Of a stretch of 64,000 nucleotides of DNA, positions 1 through 8,916 are shown piece by piece. The stretch comes from a virus, in the IMG/VR virus record IMGVR_UViG_3300035698_017305, positions 32,001-96,000 of that record; one strand, given 5' to 3'. The notes beneath the pieces were generated by a model, which was not told where the DNA came from, searched no databases, and worked only from the letters and a program-made list of their open reading frames with translations. The position numbers were made by a program, and so were the translations under genes. How positions within the stretch are numbered: position 1 is the first letter of the stretch; every line of letters begins with the position of its first letter.

Positions 1-40
1 AGCACGACTCAATTATTCCCGTCGAATCCAGGTCACCCCC
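1..40 (-). ncRNA. ssrA: tmRNA (ssrA) 5' end, truncated by window edge
   Basis: Minus strand reads GGGGGTGACCTGGATTCGACGGGAATAATTGAGTCGTGCT, matching the conserved tmRNA 5' pattern GGGG(G/C)TGA..TGGATTCGACGGG. It starts 5 nt after tRNA-Glu. The 3' end and tag ORF are outside the window. Confidence 0.8.
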
Positions 41-45
41 ATAAG

Positions 46-118
46 AGCTCGGGACGGGACTTGAACCCGCGATCACCAGATTGAAAGTCTGGTGGCTTAA
101 CCACTGGCCTACCCGAGC
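46..118 (-). tRNA. tRNA-Glu(TTC)
   Basis: Full cloverleaf: acceptor GCTCGGG/CCCGAGC, D arm GGC-CAGTGGTTAA-GCC, anticodon arm CCAGA-CTTTCAA-TCTGG, T arm GCGGG-TTCAAGT-CCCGT. No encoded CCA. Confidence 0.95.
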
Positions 119-124
119 AAAGCA

Positions 125-427
125 CTATTTCTTTTTGGGTTTTATCTTAACCTTGACCAAACGCCGAAGCTCTACTGTATCTCCATCCAGTAAATCAAGC
201 AAGCGTGTTTTGAGATTTTCGATCTTAGCCTTCAGCCCCTTCTTCTCACCTTCTGGTAGGGATGGTTCAGTTAACTTCTTGACATGCCGACGTACCTGAG
301 CGGCTAGCTCTGCTGCCTTAGACTTACGTATGGACTCAGCTCTTACACTGACCTCGCACATCTCAAACAACTTAGAGGCGTCGGCTTTCTTTGCAGCAGC
401 CTGTATCGCATCCCGAATATTTTCCAT
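125..427 (-). CDS. hypothetical helical/coiled-coil protein
   Basis: 100 aa ORF with GAAAGGA RBS-like sequence upstream, co-oriented with neighbours. Confidence 0.7.
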   Translation of the reverse strand: MENIRDAIQAAAKKADASKLFEMCEVSVRAESIRKSKAAELAAQVRRHVKKLTEPSLPEGEKKGLKAKIENLKTRLLDLLDGDTVELRRLVKVKIKPKKK

Positions 428-487
428 GGTGGAAGGTTCCTTTCCGTGTGATTTTGCTTCATATTCCTTATGTCAGGATTTACAGCT

Positions 488-512
488 AAAAAGCGGGGGG
501 GTTCCCCCACTT
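488..512 (-). terminator. intrinsic terminator after the ubiquitin-like/IS110-like operon
   Basis: Minus strand AAGTGGGG-GAACCC-CCCCGCTT overlapping a TTTTT run, just after the stop of 521..1576. Confidence 0.6.
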
Positions 513-520
513 AATTCCAC

Positions 521-1576
521 TTATGCGGTAGTAAAGATCTGCTGAATCCTCTCATCTTCCCAGTATACTTTGGGTGGTTCCTTGCCAACCCACGGTGGGG
601 GCAACTTTTCAAGATGAGAATGTCCTAGCAGAGCTTCATCATAAGGTCTGTCAAAGTCTAGACCTTCTAAGGCTCTCCATACAGGGAACAAATCCCGTAG
701 GAATTGCTTGACCATGTAGCGTAGAGCCATGTTGTGCATGTGCCCCTTCCAACCCTTCTCATCCTTACGGGCGAGCAGGTCCTCCCTATGGGCAAGCCTG
801 TAACGGTATTGATCATAGATTTGTCTGTAGCGTTTGTGACCACACTTAATCAGGTTAGCGGACATCACCCCGATCAACTTAGTTTTGAGCGTAGGGTTGA
901 AGGTGATAGCCTTCTTTGTCTTCGTCTCACCCGCCGCATTAAGGTACTCCACATCAACCAAGTGCTCTGCTCTACGACTCCTGCCTAGCCCGTCCTTTGC
1001 AACGTCTAGACCTGCATACTTCCACAGACTGGATACGTGCCGTGCTTTGTGGATGTCAAACTCGGCGACTATGATACCACCCATGGCGGGGCCAATACCA
1101 CTGATACGTTCCAAGTATTCATTCCAGATAGGAAACTCTTCCAGCCCCATCCTGATAAGGCTTAGTTGTTCCCTTTCAACCCGTTCCAGCGCGACGTAGT
1201 GTTCCACTAGTTTGAGGGTGGCATAGTCTCCTATAACCCCGTCCCCTTCAAACTTGTGTGGTCTGATCCGTACAACGCCGTCTGTGATTCTCTTGTACGA
1301 CAGCTTCAGTGTCTTGAGGGTAGACTTGGCTTCCCCGCTGAGCTCATCCTTTTCAGCCTTCCCTGGGATCTTTCCGTTCTTGACCTTCCAGCTCTCTACC
1401 ACTCGGTTCCCCAGACCTATCCGTGTTTTCTGGATGTCCAGGTTCCCTCTGACCTGTGCTCTGAACCTCATTCGAGGTCCATCTGGGTCCACCACTGGGT
1501 CTGGAGGAGGAGCTTTTGCCTTCGGTTTGACCTTCGGTTTGACCTTGGATACCCTGGATTCTGCTGCTTCTCCCAT
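521..1576 (-). CDS. IS110-family/Nop-domain (Tas-like) protein lacking the RuvC DEDD domain
   Basis: Helical 'RAQVRGNLDIQKTRIGLGNR', HhH 'ISGIGPAMGGIIVAEF', 'SSLWKYAGLD' and C-terminal 'GHMHNMALRYMVKQFLRDL' resemble the IS110 Tnp20/Nop region. The N-terminus is Lys/Pro-rich with no DEDD nuclease motifs. Confidence 0.7.
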   Translation of the reverse strand: MGEAAESRVSKVKPKVKPKAKAPPPDPVVDPDGPRMRFRAQVRGNLDIQKTRIGLGNRVVESWKVKNGKIPGKAEKDELSGEAKSTLKTLKLSYKRITDGVVRIRPHKFEGDGVIGDYATLKLVEHYVALERVEREQLSLIRMGLEEFPIWNEYLERISGIGPAMGGIIVAEFDIHKARHVSSLWKYAGLDVAKDGLGRSRRAEHLVDVEYLNAAGETKTKKAITFNPTLKTKLIGVMSANLIKCGHKRYRQIYDQYRYRLAHREDLLARKDEKGWKGHMHNMALRYMVKQFLRDLFPVWRALEGLDFDRPYDEALLGHSHLEKLPPPWVGKEPPKVYWEDERIQQIFTTA

Positions 1577-1585
1577 AAGTTCCTC

Positions 1586-2239
1586 CTACAAGGTGGTCAT
1601 AGTGGCGAAGTCCATACGCGTCACCTTGTTGAATGTTCCACCGTTGATGTGCTGTTTGATAACGCCTGTGATAATACACGCGATACCAAATGCTGTATAG
1701 ATGATTGCTCTTTCCGTGCACGGTGCAGGAGTAGCCTCACTACTGGGATAGAGATTCTTTTCGTACATCTCTATGTCATCTGGATCGGTGGGGTCCACAG
1801 CGTACACCTCAGCATACTCTGCTCCCATGCGGGCTTCGATGAATAGGGGGATGTTGAAGTTGGACTTGCAGGCATTCCATATCTTGATACGGGTATCCAT
1901 TGAGTCAACTGCTACCACCACGGTACCTTCCAACTTTTGACTGGTGTACCACATAGGTTTGGTAGTGAGGGACGTGTCATGGAAGCACTTGACGATTTCG
2001 TTCATCGCCACCACCTTCATCTTACCCAGGTCTTCCTTCCGGAACATTTGGTTGGGGAGGTTGTGTGCTTCCACCTTATCGTTATCCCATACCGTCACCT
2101 TGCTTACACCCATCTTAGTGAGGGCAAACGTGGTGGGTGAACCTATTCCACCGACTCCGATGATGTGGACTTCGTAGTCTTTGATGGCGTCGGCACGGAG
2201 AATTCCGCTTTGACGGCAATAGATATCGCTTGCGAGCAT
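1586..2239 (-). CDS. ThiF/E1-like ubiquitin-activating enzyme (system 1)
   Basis: IIGVGGIGS nucleotide-binding loop, DNDKVEAHNLPNQ, GKMKV, AVDSMDTR; candidate catalytic Cys in 'APCTER'. Confidence 0.9.
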   Translation of the reverse strand: MLASDIYCRQSGILRADAIKDYEVHIIGVGGIGSPTTFALTKMGVSKVTVWDNDKVEAHNLPNQMFRKEDLGKMKVVAMNEIVKCFHDTSLTTKPMWYTSQKLEGTVVVAVDSMDTRIKIWNACKSNFNIPLFIEARMGAEYAEVYAVDPTDPDDIEMYEKNLYPSSEATPAPCTERAIIYTAFGIACIITGVIKQHINGGTFNKVTRMDFATMTTL

Positions 2240-3225
2240 TGTAGTATGTCCTTTAAGTGGGATTTCTTCGTGTACAAGTATTCATCTAGTTCAATGATAC
2301 CATTGTCACCTTCAGATTCGTTTATGAAGAGGTCATCAAGTAGCTCCATCATCTTTTCAGATGAAGCTTGGACGATGCTGGCTAGGCGATTTGAATCTCC
2401 GATGACAGGCTCTTCCTTAGGCATATCCACCCAAGTGTCCTCTATCTCATCTTTTACCTTTTCTGCCGCGAGATCTTCTGCCATGAGTTCTTCTTCGTCC
2501 CCTACTACGTGAAGACCCATTTCCGCCAGCTCGTCCTCCATTTTTTTTGCTAGAGACTCCTGTAGATGTGCATCCATCTCCAGGTCTCCATACTCATCCT
2601 CCATGTACATGTTGTGAGGACTGCATAAGCCACGGGGGTCACCCCTACCGTTGCCCCTAGCAGTACCGTTACCACCGGGCCATGGACCTCCTTGACCGTA
2701 GTGGTGGGTGTGTACAGGTAAGGCTCGTTTTACCTTCTCTTCAATCTCTGCTTTGGCTATAGCCATCTCATCTATATTCACCTTCAGCACTGGGGTGATG
2801 AGTACATTGCTAACTGTGAGTCGCAACGGTTTGTACACGTCCACCCTACAGGAGTATTCCCCCCTCTTGTTCATGCACAACGATATTAGGAACGTATCGT
2901 TCTTCAGATCGTCGTCGATGGTGGAGTCGTCTACTGATGAGAAGGCGGTGTCCATGTCAACGTGTGAGTGCTGCCATAGGCGTAGTAGCACAGGGTCTAC
3001 CCCCGCCTTGTCTAGGTCATACACTAACTTACCGACATCATCTTGGTCCATATCCGTAGAGGCCCCATGACATTCCTGCTTAGGCAGGTACACATCAGAT
3101 ATGTGGAGCTTATTTGGGCGGTTCTCATCTTGGTGCACAATCCCTAGAGAGGACATCTCAATAGGGCAGGCGCTTACCCAAGCTTTCAGCTTATCCCAAG
3201 CTTTCTGGTCAATAGTAATTTCCAT
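2143..3225 (-). CDS. JAB/JAMM (Mov34/MPN) metalloprotease with acidic C-terminal extension (system 1)
   Basis: N-terminal Glu (CPIEMSSLG) and JAMM motif HSH-x7-SSVD. The 3' end overlaps the E1 gene by 97 nt. Confidence 0.85.
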   Translation of the reverse strand: MEITIDQKAWDKLKAWVSACPIEMSSLGIVHQDENRPNKLHISDVYLPKQECHGASTDMDQDDVGKLVYDLDKAGVDPVLLRLWQHSHVDMDTAFSSVDDSTIDDDLKNDTFLISLCMNKRGEYSCRVDVYKPLRLTVSNVLITPVLKVNIDEMAIAKAEIEEKVKRALPVHTHHYGQGGPWPGGNGTARGNGRGDPRGLCSPHNMYMEDEYGDLEMDAHLQESLAKKMEDELAEMGLHVVGDEEELMAEDLAAEKVKDEIEDTWVDMPKEEPVIGDSNRLASIVQASSEKMMELLDDLFINESEGDNGIIELDEYLYTKKSHLKDILQCSQAISIAVKAEFSVPTPSKTTKSTSSESVE

Positions 3226-3230
3226 ACAAT

Positions 3231-5648
3231 CTACTCCTGGTCTTCTTCTTCTTCTGGTTCTTGCTCTCTCAACGCTTCTACCAACTCGTCTCCAATGGCG
3301 TCCAACATGGCTGCCGAGACAGTCCCTGCGTCTATGACAGCGGGTACCGGTGGTATTCTGAGTGTTGCCTCATTCAGTACTCTATGTACGGCCTGTATCG
3401 CCGCATCCCTAGCTGGGGTTTCCTCAGTCATAATTGACGGTGATATAACTATAGGCTCAAGTGCCTCACCTTCTGCGTCCAGGGCGGCTTGGAAACTATC
3501 CCTCATACCCTGTAACTCTGGGGAACCTTGTGCTAGCTCTACTATGCTTGGGTCTATCTCCAACACATCCTCAAGGGACTCCCCACTGCAACGGTCTACT
3601 TGCTCAACCGCAGAATCAACCTCAGCTATGTAATTCATAACTTCTTGGGCTCCTGGACTGTCCAGTGGGCCATACGGTACCGGTTCCTCATCTGCCATGT
3701 CCTCATCCCCAATGATCATCTCGTCTACAACCCTAGCAAACTCCCGGTCTTCCTCACTACGAATTTCAGTTGTTACACTAATCTCGTAAGGTTCAGCTCT
3801 CCCATATGACCAAGGCACAGTTGTTGAATCGTGGGCTGGAGGCATAGTCGGACTAGCGGCATCTACATGTCTCTGTGGAGCCCTGGGTGCTGCCACAAAC
3901 CCATACTGATTAAACCCATCACCACTGTCAGGTTGCCCCTCAACTACTTCAACTCCTACCTGCGGCGGTTCCACAGCGGCCTCAGATGCAGTTGAGTGTG
4001 CACATCTCGGGGATATGGTGCACCGAGCACAAGCTTGGGACCTATTTACCCTGTCGTAACAGAACTGTTGAGCAGCGACAATGGGGTAGTAGGGGCAGCC
4101 CGCTTGGTGGCATTCGGTACCCGATGAAGAAGATCCACTCACACGTCGTCTCTGTAAACAACTAATAGGTCCGGTCTCACCAATCTGTTGACCGTTTTGA
4201 CACGCGGTAATGCTCCGGTCTGTCCCTTCAGTGCAGTCATCCCTACTAGAACAAGTAGCACACTGAGACCAGTCACCTTCTTCTTCTAGATACTCAGCGC
4301 ACCTAGTGTAGCCAGAGTCGAAGTGGGGGCAATTCTCATCATCACAGACAGCGCAATCATGGTAACCGCTGTTTTCCCAACAACTATCCCGTCTGTTATC
4401 ATCGTCCTCATCTTCGTCATAGTCCTCATCATCACTGCCCCCATCACTGCCCCAGTTAGCAACCCTGACGTAGGAATCGTTGTCATTAGCATGGCGGAGG
4501 TAATCAGCTATTAGAGCCAATGCTGCCGCATACTCCTTGGTCTCTATCAGGTTCATTAACTGGTTGTCAATATTACCTAGGCAAGGGATACCAGAGTCAG
4601 AAATGTGCGGGTGACCAGAGCTCCGCCTGAACTTGGTGTCGTCCTGTTGATTTATCTTGAGGGCCCCAGTCCTGTCGTTGAGGGTTACCTCAAACCACCC
4701 CACGTCATACTTTACCCCATCATTCTCTCCAACGATGATGACCCTGGGGGTTGTGGCTACTATGTTGTCCTCTGATACCCTGATCTCTCTGTACACGTTG
4801 GGGATGAGTTTACACATAGCACCAAACTGGCCATCAAACTGAGACTTTTCCGAATCTTCAAAGTAGAGGTTGATGGACTTCATCTCTACCCTCTTCTTAT
4901 CACGCTCTCTACCCAGGACTAGGGCTTTTTGTCTCAGCTCCCTAATCTCGTGTCCAGCGGTGGTAATCTCCAGGTGAATGGCTGCAACCCTCTCCGATAC
5001 TGTCTTTCTACGCGTCCTGATGAAGTCCTCTTTGAGCTGTGTTGGGTCCCACACATGGTCTAACTCCTTGGTCAGCATCACCTCAATAGCCGCCCAAAGC
5101 CAGTTTACAGGGGCTTCTACGTCCGTACTGGACATATTTCGGAAACTTAGGGGTAAGAAGATATGACTACCCCCGTAAGAGAATCCGAAAAGTCCCGCCT
5201 CTTCTACTGGCGGGATTAGCTCAAAGGGTGTGCCTTCGTTTACATGCAAGGCTGTGTTGTATGGGCTTGAAATGACTCGTACCCCAGCCCCCAGGATTCT
5301 CCTTTTGGTCGCGTTTAGATCAGAGTAGAACTTAGCGTAATCAAATACTTTCGTTTTGACCTCAATGATCTTGTCCTTGACCTCGGTCCTGAACGTCTTC
5401 ATATCTCCTGACGTGTTGGATTGTACATATAGATGTAGTCCACGCCTCAGTACCATGTACCCTTCCGGATCTCGGTTGGTATACCCTTCAATCGGGTGAT
5501 CCCCAGCTAGTAACCGGGATAGTGGCTGTTGTAAGTCACATTCCGTATAGATGATTGGGATCCCCTTACTTGAGGAGAAGAACTCTAGTTGAGCCTTTAG
5601 TGCTGGGGGTGGTGCCGTTGTTGTGTTTTGTATCTCCGCTGTCGGCAT
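3231..5648 (-). CDS. large prokaryotic E2/UBC-like protein with coiled coil, Cys-rich repeats and acidic tail (system 1)
   Basis: UBC-like HPHISDSGIPCLGNI motif with catalytic-position Cys. Start moved to the ATG at 5648 (MPTAEIQ) because of an upstream AGGGAGG RBS. Confidence 0.75.
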   Translation of the reverse strand: MPTAEIQNTTTAPPPALKAQLEFFSSSKGIPIIYTECDLQQPLSRLLAGDHPIEGYTNRDPEGYMVLRRGLHLYVQSNTSGDMKTFRTEVKDKIIEVKTKVFDYAKFYSDLNATKRRILGAGVRVISSPYNTALHVNEGTPFELIPPVEEAGLFGFSYGGSHIFLPLSFRNMSSTDVEAPVNWLWAAIEVMLTKELDHVWDPTQLKEDFIRTRRKTVSERVAAIHLEITTAGHEIRELRQKALVLGRERDKKRVEMKSINLYFEDSEKSQFDGQFGAMCKLIPNVYREIRVSEDNIVATTPRVIIVGENDGVKYDVGWFEVTLNDRTGALKINQQDDTKFRRSSGHPHISDSGIPCLGNIDNQLMNLIETKEYAAALALIADYLRHANDNDSYVRVANWGSDGGSDDEDYDEDEDDDNRRDSCWENSGYHDCAVCDDENCPHFDSGYTRCAEYLEEEGDWSQCATCSSRDDCTEGTDRSITACQNGQQIGETGPISCLQRRRVSGSSSSGTECHQAGCPYYPIVAAQQFCYDRVNRSQACARCTISPRCAHSTASEAAVEPPQVGVEVVEGQPDSGDGFNQYGFVAAPRAPQRHVDAASPTMPPAHDSTTVPWSYGRAEPYEISVTTEIRSEEDREFARVVDEMIIGDEDMADEEPVPYGPLDSPGAQEVMNYIAEVDSAVEQVDRCSGESLEDVLEIDPSIVELAQGSPELQGMRDSFQAALDAEGEALEPIVISPSIMTEETPARDAAIQAVHRVLNEATLRIPPVPAVIDAGTVSAAMLDAIGDELVEALREQEPEEEEDQE

Positions 5649-5685
5649 GTTGGGTTCCTCCCTAAATAAAAGGTGGGGGTGGGGG

Positions 5686-5713
5686 AAAAGGAAGGGGGAG
5701 TGCTGTCCTCCCC
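5686..5713 (-). terminator. possible weak terminator/attenuator between Ubl and E2
   Basis: Minus strand GGGGAG-GACAGCA-CTCCCC followed by CTTCCTTTT. Confidence 0.35.
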
Positions 5714-5740
5714 ACATCCTACGCATCCCCCCGGAATGCT

Positions 5741-5950
5741 TTAGTTTCCACCCTCGATCTTGGGCACGAGCTGAATGGTGTCCTCTTCCCCGATCTGGAC
5801 AGTGGGGGAGGCTTCTTCACCGTTGAGCAAGACGCGGAATCCTGAGCGATCCAGTTGGGCAGCGGCCAGGGCATCCTGAATTGTAGCGCCCGGTTCCACT
5901 TCGACTTCTCTTGTGTTAGTACCCTGTTTCAACACTCTTACAGTGGCCAT
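5741..5950 (-). CDS. ubiquitin-like beta-grasp protein (system 1), ends -IEGG-N
   Basis: 69 aa from the ATG at 5950 (AAGGAG RBS): MATVRVLKQG...VEPGATIQDAL...VLLNGEE...DTIQLVPKIEGGN, a ThiS/MoaD/Ubl pattern with a di-Gly masked by one residue. Confidence 0.9.
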   Translation of the reverse strand: MATVRVLKQGTNTREVEVEPGATIQDALAAAQLDRSGFRVLLNGEEASPTVQIGEEDTIQLVPKIEGGN

Positions 5951-6029
5951 GTTTTCTCCTTCTTTCCCAGGTATGAATTGGGGTTTACGTTGACCCACTT
6001 ATGGCAGGCTTTTTCTTATATTCTCTACA

Positions 6030-6038
6030 TGCTATACT
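6030..6038 (+). promoter_or_regulatory. extended -10 promoter of the glycosyltransferase cluster
   Basis: TG-C-TATACT 22 nt upstream of the ATG at 6061, in a divergent intergenic region. Confidence 0.45.
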
Positions 6039-6060
6039 CGGGGCGGAGGGTTATAATTCA

Positions 6061-8916
6061 ATGATTTATGTTCTCACATCTCGCCCTAGCGGTAAGGGGT
6101 GCAAGGCTATGCTCCAACGGGGTAAGTCTTTAGGCATTCCCATCAAAGTCATTACAGGCAACACCGCAATGAGTCCAGGTGACGTGGTATTTGTATACGA
6201 AGCCAAGAAGCCAGCACTCAACACTATCAAGAACAGAACTGATATCACTGTAGTTAATGGTGTTAGGTACAACAAGCAGGGCCAGTATAAGATTCTTGCC
6301 CCGGGCGGTGTACCTGTACCTAACTGGGCTCTGTTAAAGCCGGGCCAGAAAAACCGTTTCGATACAGTGGCTTTCCCCGCTATCATGAAACCCAACGTCG
6401 GGGGATACGCCCGTGGGGTTAAGCTGGTACCCTCAGCAGATAAGGCTAAGTCTATAAGGCTCAAGGAGAATATGATTCTCCAAGAGTATGTGGACTGTAA
6501 GGGGGAGTGTACCAGAGTCCTGATGGTTGGGGACGACCCAGCTATTGTTGTGACCAGGATAGCGCATGATGGGTACATAGCGGCATACGACTTTGGTCGG
6601 AAAGGTAAGTTGGAGTTCACACCCCTGACGGACAAAGAGCTGGAGATATGTATAAAGGCGTGTAAGCTTCTAAAGATCGAGATTGGTGGGGTAGATATCA
6701 TCCGGGACTCCAAAACAGGAGAGCCCTATATACTGGAGGTGAATCACTTCGCAGTACCCTTCTACCTCAAAGAGATGTATAAAGACGCTACAGATACTAT
6801 ATTGAGGTATCTACACAAATTGGAAAAGCCGAGAACTACCAATATCAAAAGGACGAAGGCCGTGCCTACTAAAACCTCTATCAAACCAGCTAAGCCGAGA
6901 GTGCTGTGGATCGTAGATAAGCCAGGGTGGTCCCATGACAACAAGACTGAGGCTATCACCCGTCAATTATCTGATGAGTTTGACTTTGATAAACAGTATT
7001 TGTACCAGTCAGGCAATGTCTACGACTACTCTAAGTACTCACACGTACACATCTCACTGTGGTATTGGCCCGTTCAGCATAAGGACTTCCCAAGACCCCC
7101 CGCAGACATCACTACAACTACCATCAGTAGCTGGCAGTCCTGGGAGAAGTATGGGAGGGCCAAGACAGCGGCTCATGTGAAACATCTGTATGGTGGAGCT
7201 GTTTGTGTGAACCGAGAGCTGTTTAATGAATTCTCTCCTATCATACCTAGGACCTACCACTGCCCCAATGGGGTAGATACCGAAATGTTTACACCAGGAC
7301 CCGCCACCTCAAACCCAAAGTTCACGGTAGGGTTTGCCGGTAACCCCTGGATGCACAAGGGGCGCAAGAAGTACTTCAAGCTGATTAAACCTGCGTTGGA
7401 CTCTTTGAAGAACGTGACTCTACGCACCGCTCTGGGTAAGTACCCATACAAGGACATAAAGCCTCATGCTGAGATGCCCGCGTTTTACCAATCACTGGAT
7501 GCTTACGTCCATGCCGCTGGGGGCAAGTGGGATACAGCCCCTAACCCAGTGTTGGAGGCCGCTGCCTGTGGAATCCCGATAATTATCTCCCCAGTGGGTG
7601 ATTGGAAAGAGTTGTTTGTGGATGGTGAAACCGCGTTGGTGCTGCCTACTGACCCCAATCCTAAGGATATAGTTAATGCTATCAATAGGTTAGCTGGGGA
7701 TAAGAAGCTACAGCGCAAGCTAGCTATTGGGGCTAGGTTCGTAGCAGAGAAGCTTAGCTGGAGTGGGTTGGCTGAGAAGTATAGAAAAGTGTTTAAGGCG
7801 CACAACAGGCCACGGGGAGTTATAAAACCATCCAAGACTAGAACAGGGCTATCCTTAAAGGACAGGTTGGGTAGAAGGGATGCTATGAAGACAACTCTAC
7901 CCACGTTAAATAGTAAGATTAAGAAGTCCCCCAAGGCACAGGTCATAAAATCAAAACCACGCATAGGATTGCTAGTTGATTATAAAGGGTGGGCCTGGGA
8001 TATCAATGCCCATAACATAGCTAAGCACCTATCTCAGTACTACGACTTTGACATATACTATACATCCGGTGGGGGTGGTGGTCGAATACTGTTCCCCGGA
8101 CTAGACCTAGTGCTGTGTTTCAGAATAGATGAGACGCAACGACGAGGTGGTTACGTTAGAAGGATACCTGCCCATAAAAGGTTAGCATCCATATCCAGTT
8201 TTACCAACAAGGTGGCCAAACGGATACTGTCTGATAACAAGGAAGGGGCAAAGTTCCTACGTAACAGTTATGCTGGGGTGGGGGCTGTGTCCAGGGAACT
8301 CGCCGACTTCATTAAACCCTACCACAGACGCGTATACTACATCCCTAGGGGGGTTGAGACAGACCATTTCTTACAGGCTCCTAGGCCAAACGGTAAGAAG
8401 CTAGTGGTGGGTTGGGTAGGGACCCGGGACAGGGCCAACAAAGTGTACCCAGCATTTGAATTAGCTAAGAAGCATCTCGGTGACAAGTTCATTTGGTCTC
8501 CCAGGACAGAGAGTAGGGGGAACCCGGGCAGTCCCAAGTTGACCCATGAGGATATGGCCACCTACTACAGTAAGCTGGATGTGCTAGTTCACACAGCGTG
8601 CCATGACGGCACTCCTAACCCTATCTTTGAAGCTGCCTCATCTGGAGTCTGCATCGTTAGCACCCCGGTCGGGTCAGCCCAGGAGTTTATGCGGGATGGG
8701 GTTAACTGTCTAAAGCTAGAAAATGGGGGCAAGAGGGACATCGCAAGGTCTTTGGTAACTGCGTTAGAAAAGCTAGATGGCAACAGAGAACTAGTTGATA
8801 GGTTCGGTAGGACTGCCTCCAGAGAGATGAGAGATAATTGGGACTGGGAGAAGATCATACCGTTGTACAAACGGATGTTCGACCAATCCCTAACCCGAAG
8901 AAAGGGAGTAAGGTAA
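6061..8916 (+). CDS. fusion: RimK-like ATP-grasp + two tandem GT4 glycosyltransferase domains
   Basis: N-terminal IMKP..GGYARGV, ILQEYV, GGVDII, ILEVN (ATP-grasp). Two GT-B units begin KPRVLWIVDKPGW and KPRIGLLVDYKGW, with NPVLEAAACG and NPIFEAASSG signatures. Start at 6061 (GGAGG RBS). Confidence 0.85.
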   Translation: MIYVLTSRPSGKGCKAMLQRGKSLGIPIKVITGNTAMSPGDVVFVYEAKKPALNTIKNRTDITVVNGVRYNKQGQYKILAPGGVPVPNWALLKPGQKNRFDTVAFPAIMKPNVGGYARGVKLVPSADKAKSIRLKENMILQEYVDCKGECTRVLMVGDDPAIVVTRIAHDGYIAAYDFGRKGKLEFTPLTDKELEICIKACKLLKIEIGGVDIIRDSKTGEPYILEVNHFAVPFYLKEMYKDATDTILRYLHKLEKPRTTNIKRTKAVPTKTSIKPAKPRVLWIVDKPGWSHDNKTEAITRQLSDEFDFDKQYLYQSGNVYDYSKYSHVHISLWYWPVQHKDFPRPPADITTTTISSWQSWEKYGRAKTAAHVKHLYGGAVCVNRELFNEFSPIIPRTYHCPNGVDTEMFTPGPATSNPKFTVGFAGNPWMHKGRKKYFKLIKPALDSLKNVTLRTALGKYPYKDIKPHAEMPAFYQSLDAYVHAAGGKWDTAPNPVLEAAACGIPIIISPVGDWKELFVDGETALVLPTDPNPKDIVNAINRLAGDKKLQRKLAIGARFVAEKLSWSGLAEKYRKVFKAHNRPRGVIKPSKTRTGLSLKDRLGRRDAMKTTLPTLNSKIKKSPKAQVIKSKPRIGLLVDYKGWAWDINAHNIAKHLSQYYDFDIYYTSGGGGGRILFPGLDLVLCFRIDETQRRGGYVRRIPAHKRLASISSFTNKVAKRILSDNKEGAKFLRNSYAGVGAVSRELADFIKPYHRRVYYIPRGVETDHFLQAPRPNGKKLVVGWVGTRDRANKVYPAFELAKKHLGDKFIWSPRTESRGNPGSPKLTHEDMATYYSKLDVLVHTACHDGTPNPIFEAASSGVCIVSTPVGSAQEFMRDGVNCLKLENGGKRDIARSLVTALEKLDGNRELVDRFGRTASREMRDNWDWEKIIPLYKRMFDQSLTRRKGVR

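Noticed and set aside
428-1586. Active IS110 insertion sequence or adjacent TIGR array
   Set aside because: No DEDD domain, no room for a non-coding end upstream (9 nt to E1), and no repeats in 428-520.
2143-2239. 97-nt overlap of JAB and E1 as a recoding signal
   Set aside because: E1 has its own AAAGGA RBS and ATG; the overlap is most simply a C-terminal extension of JAB.
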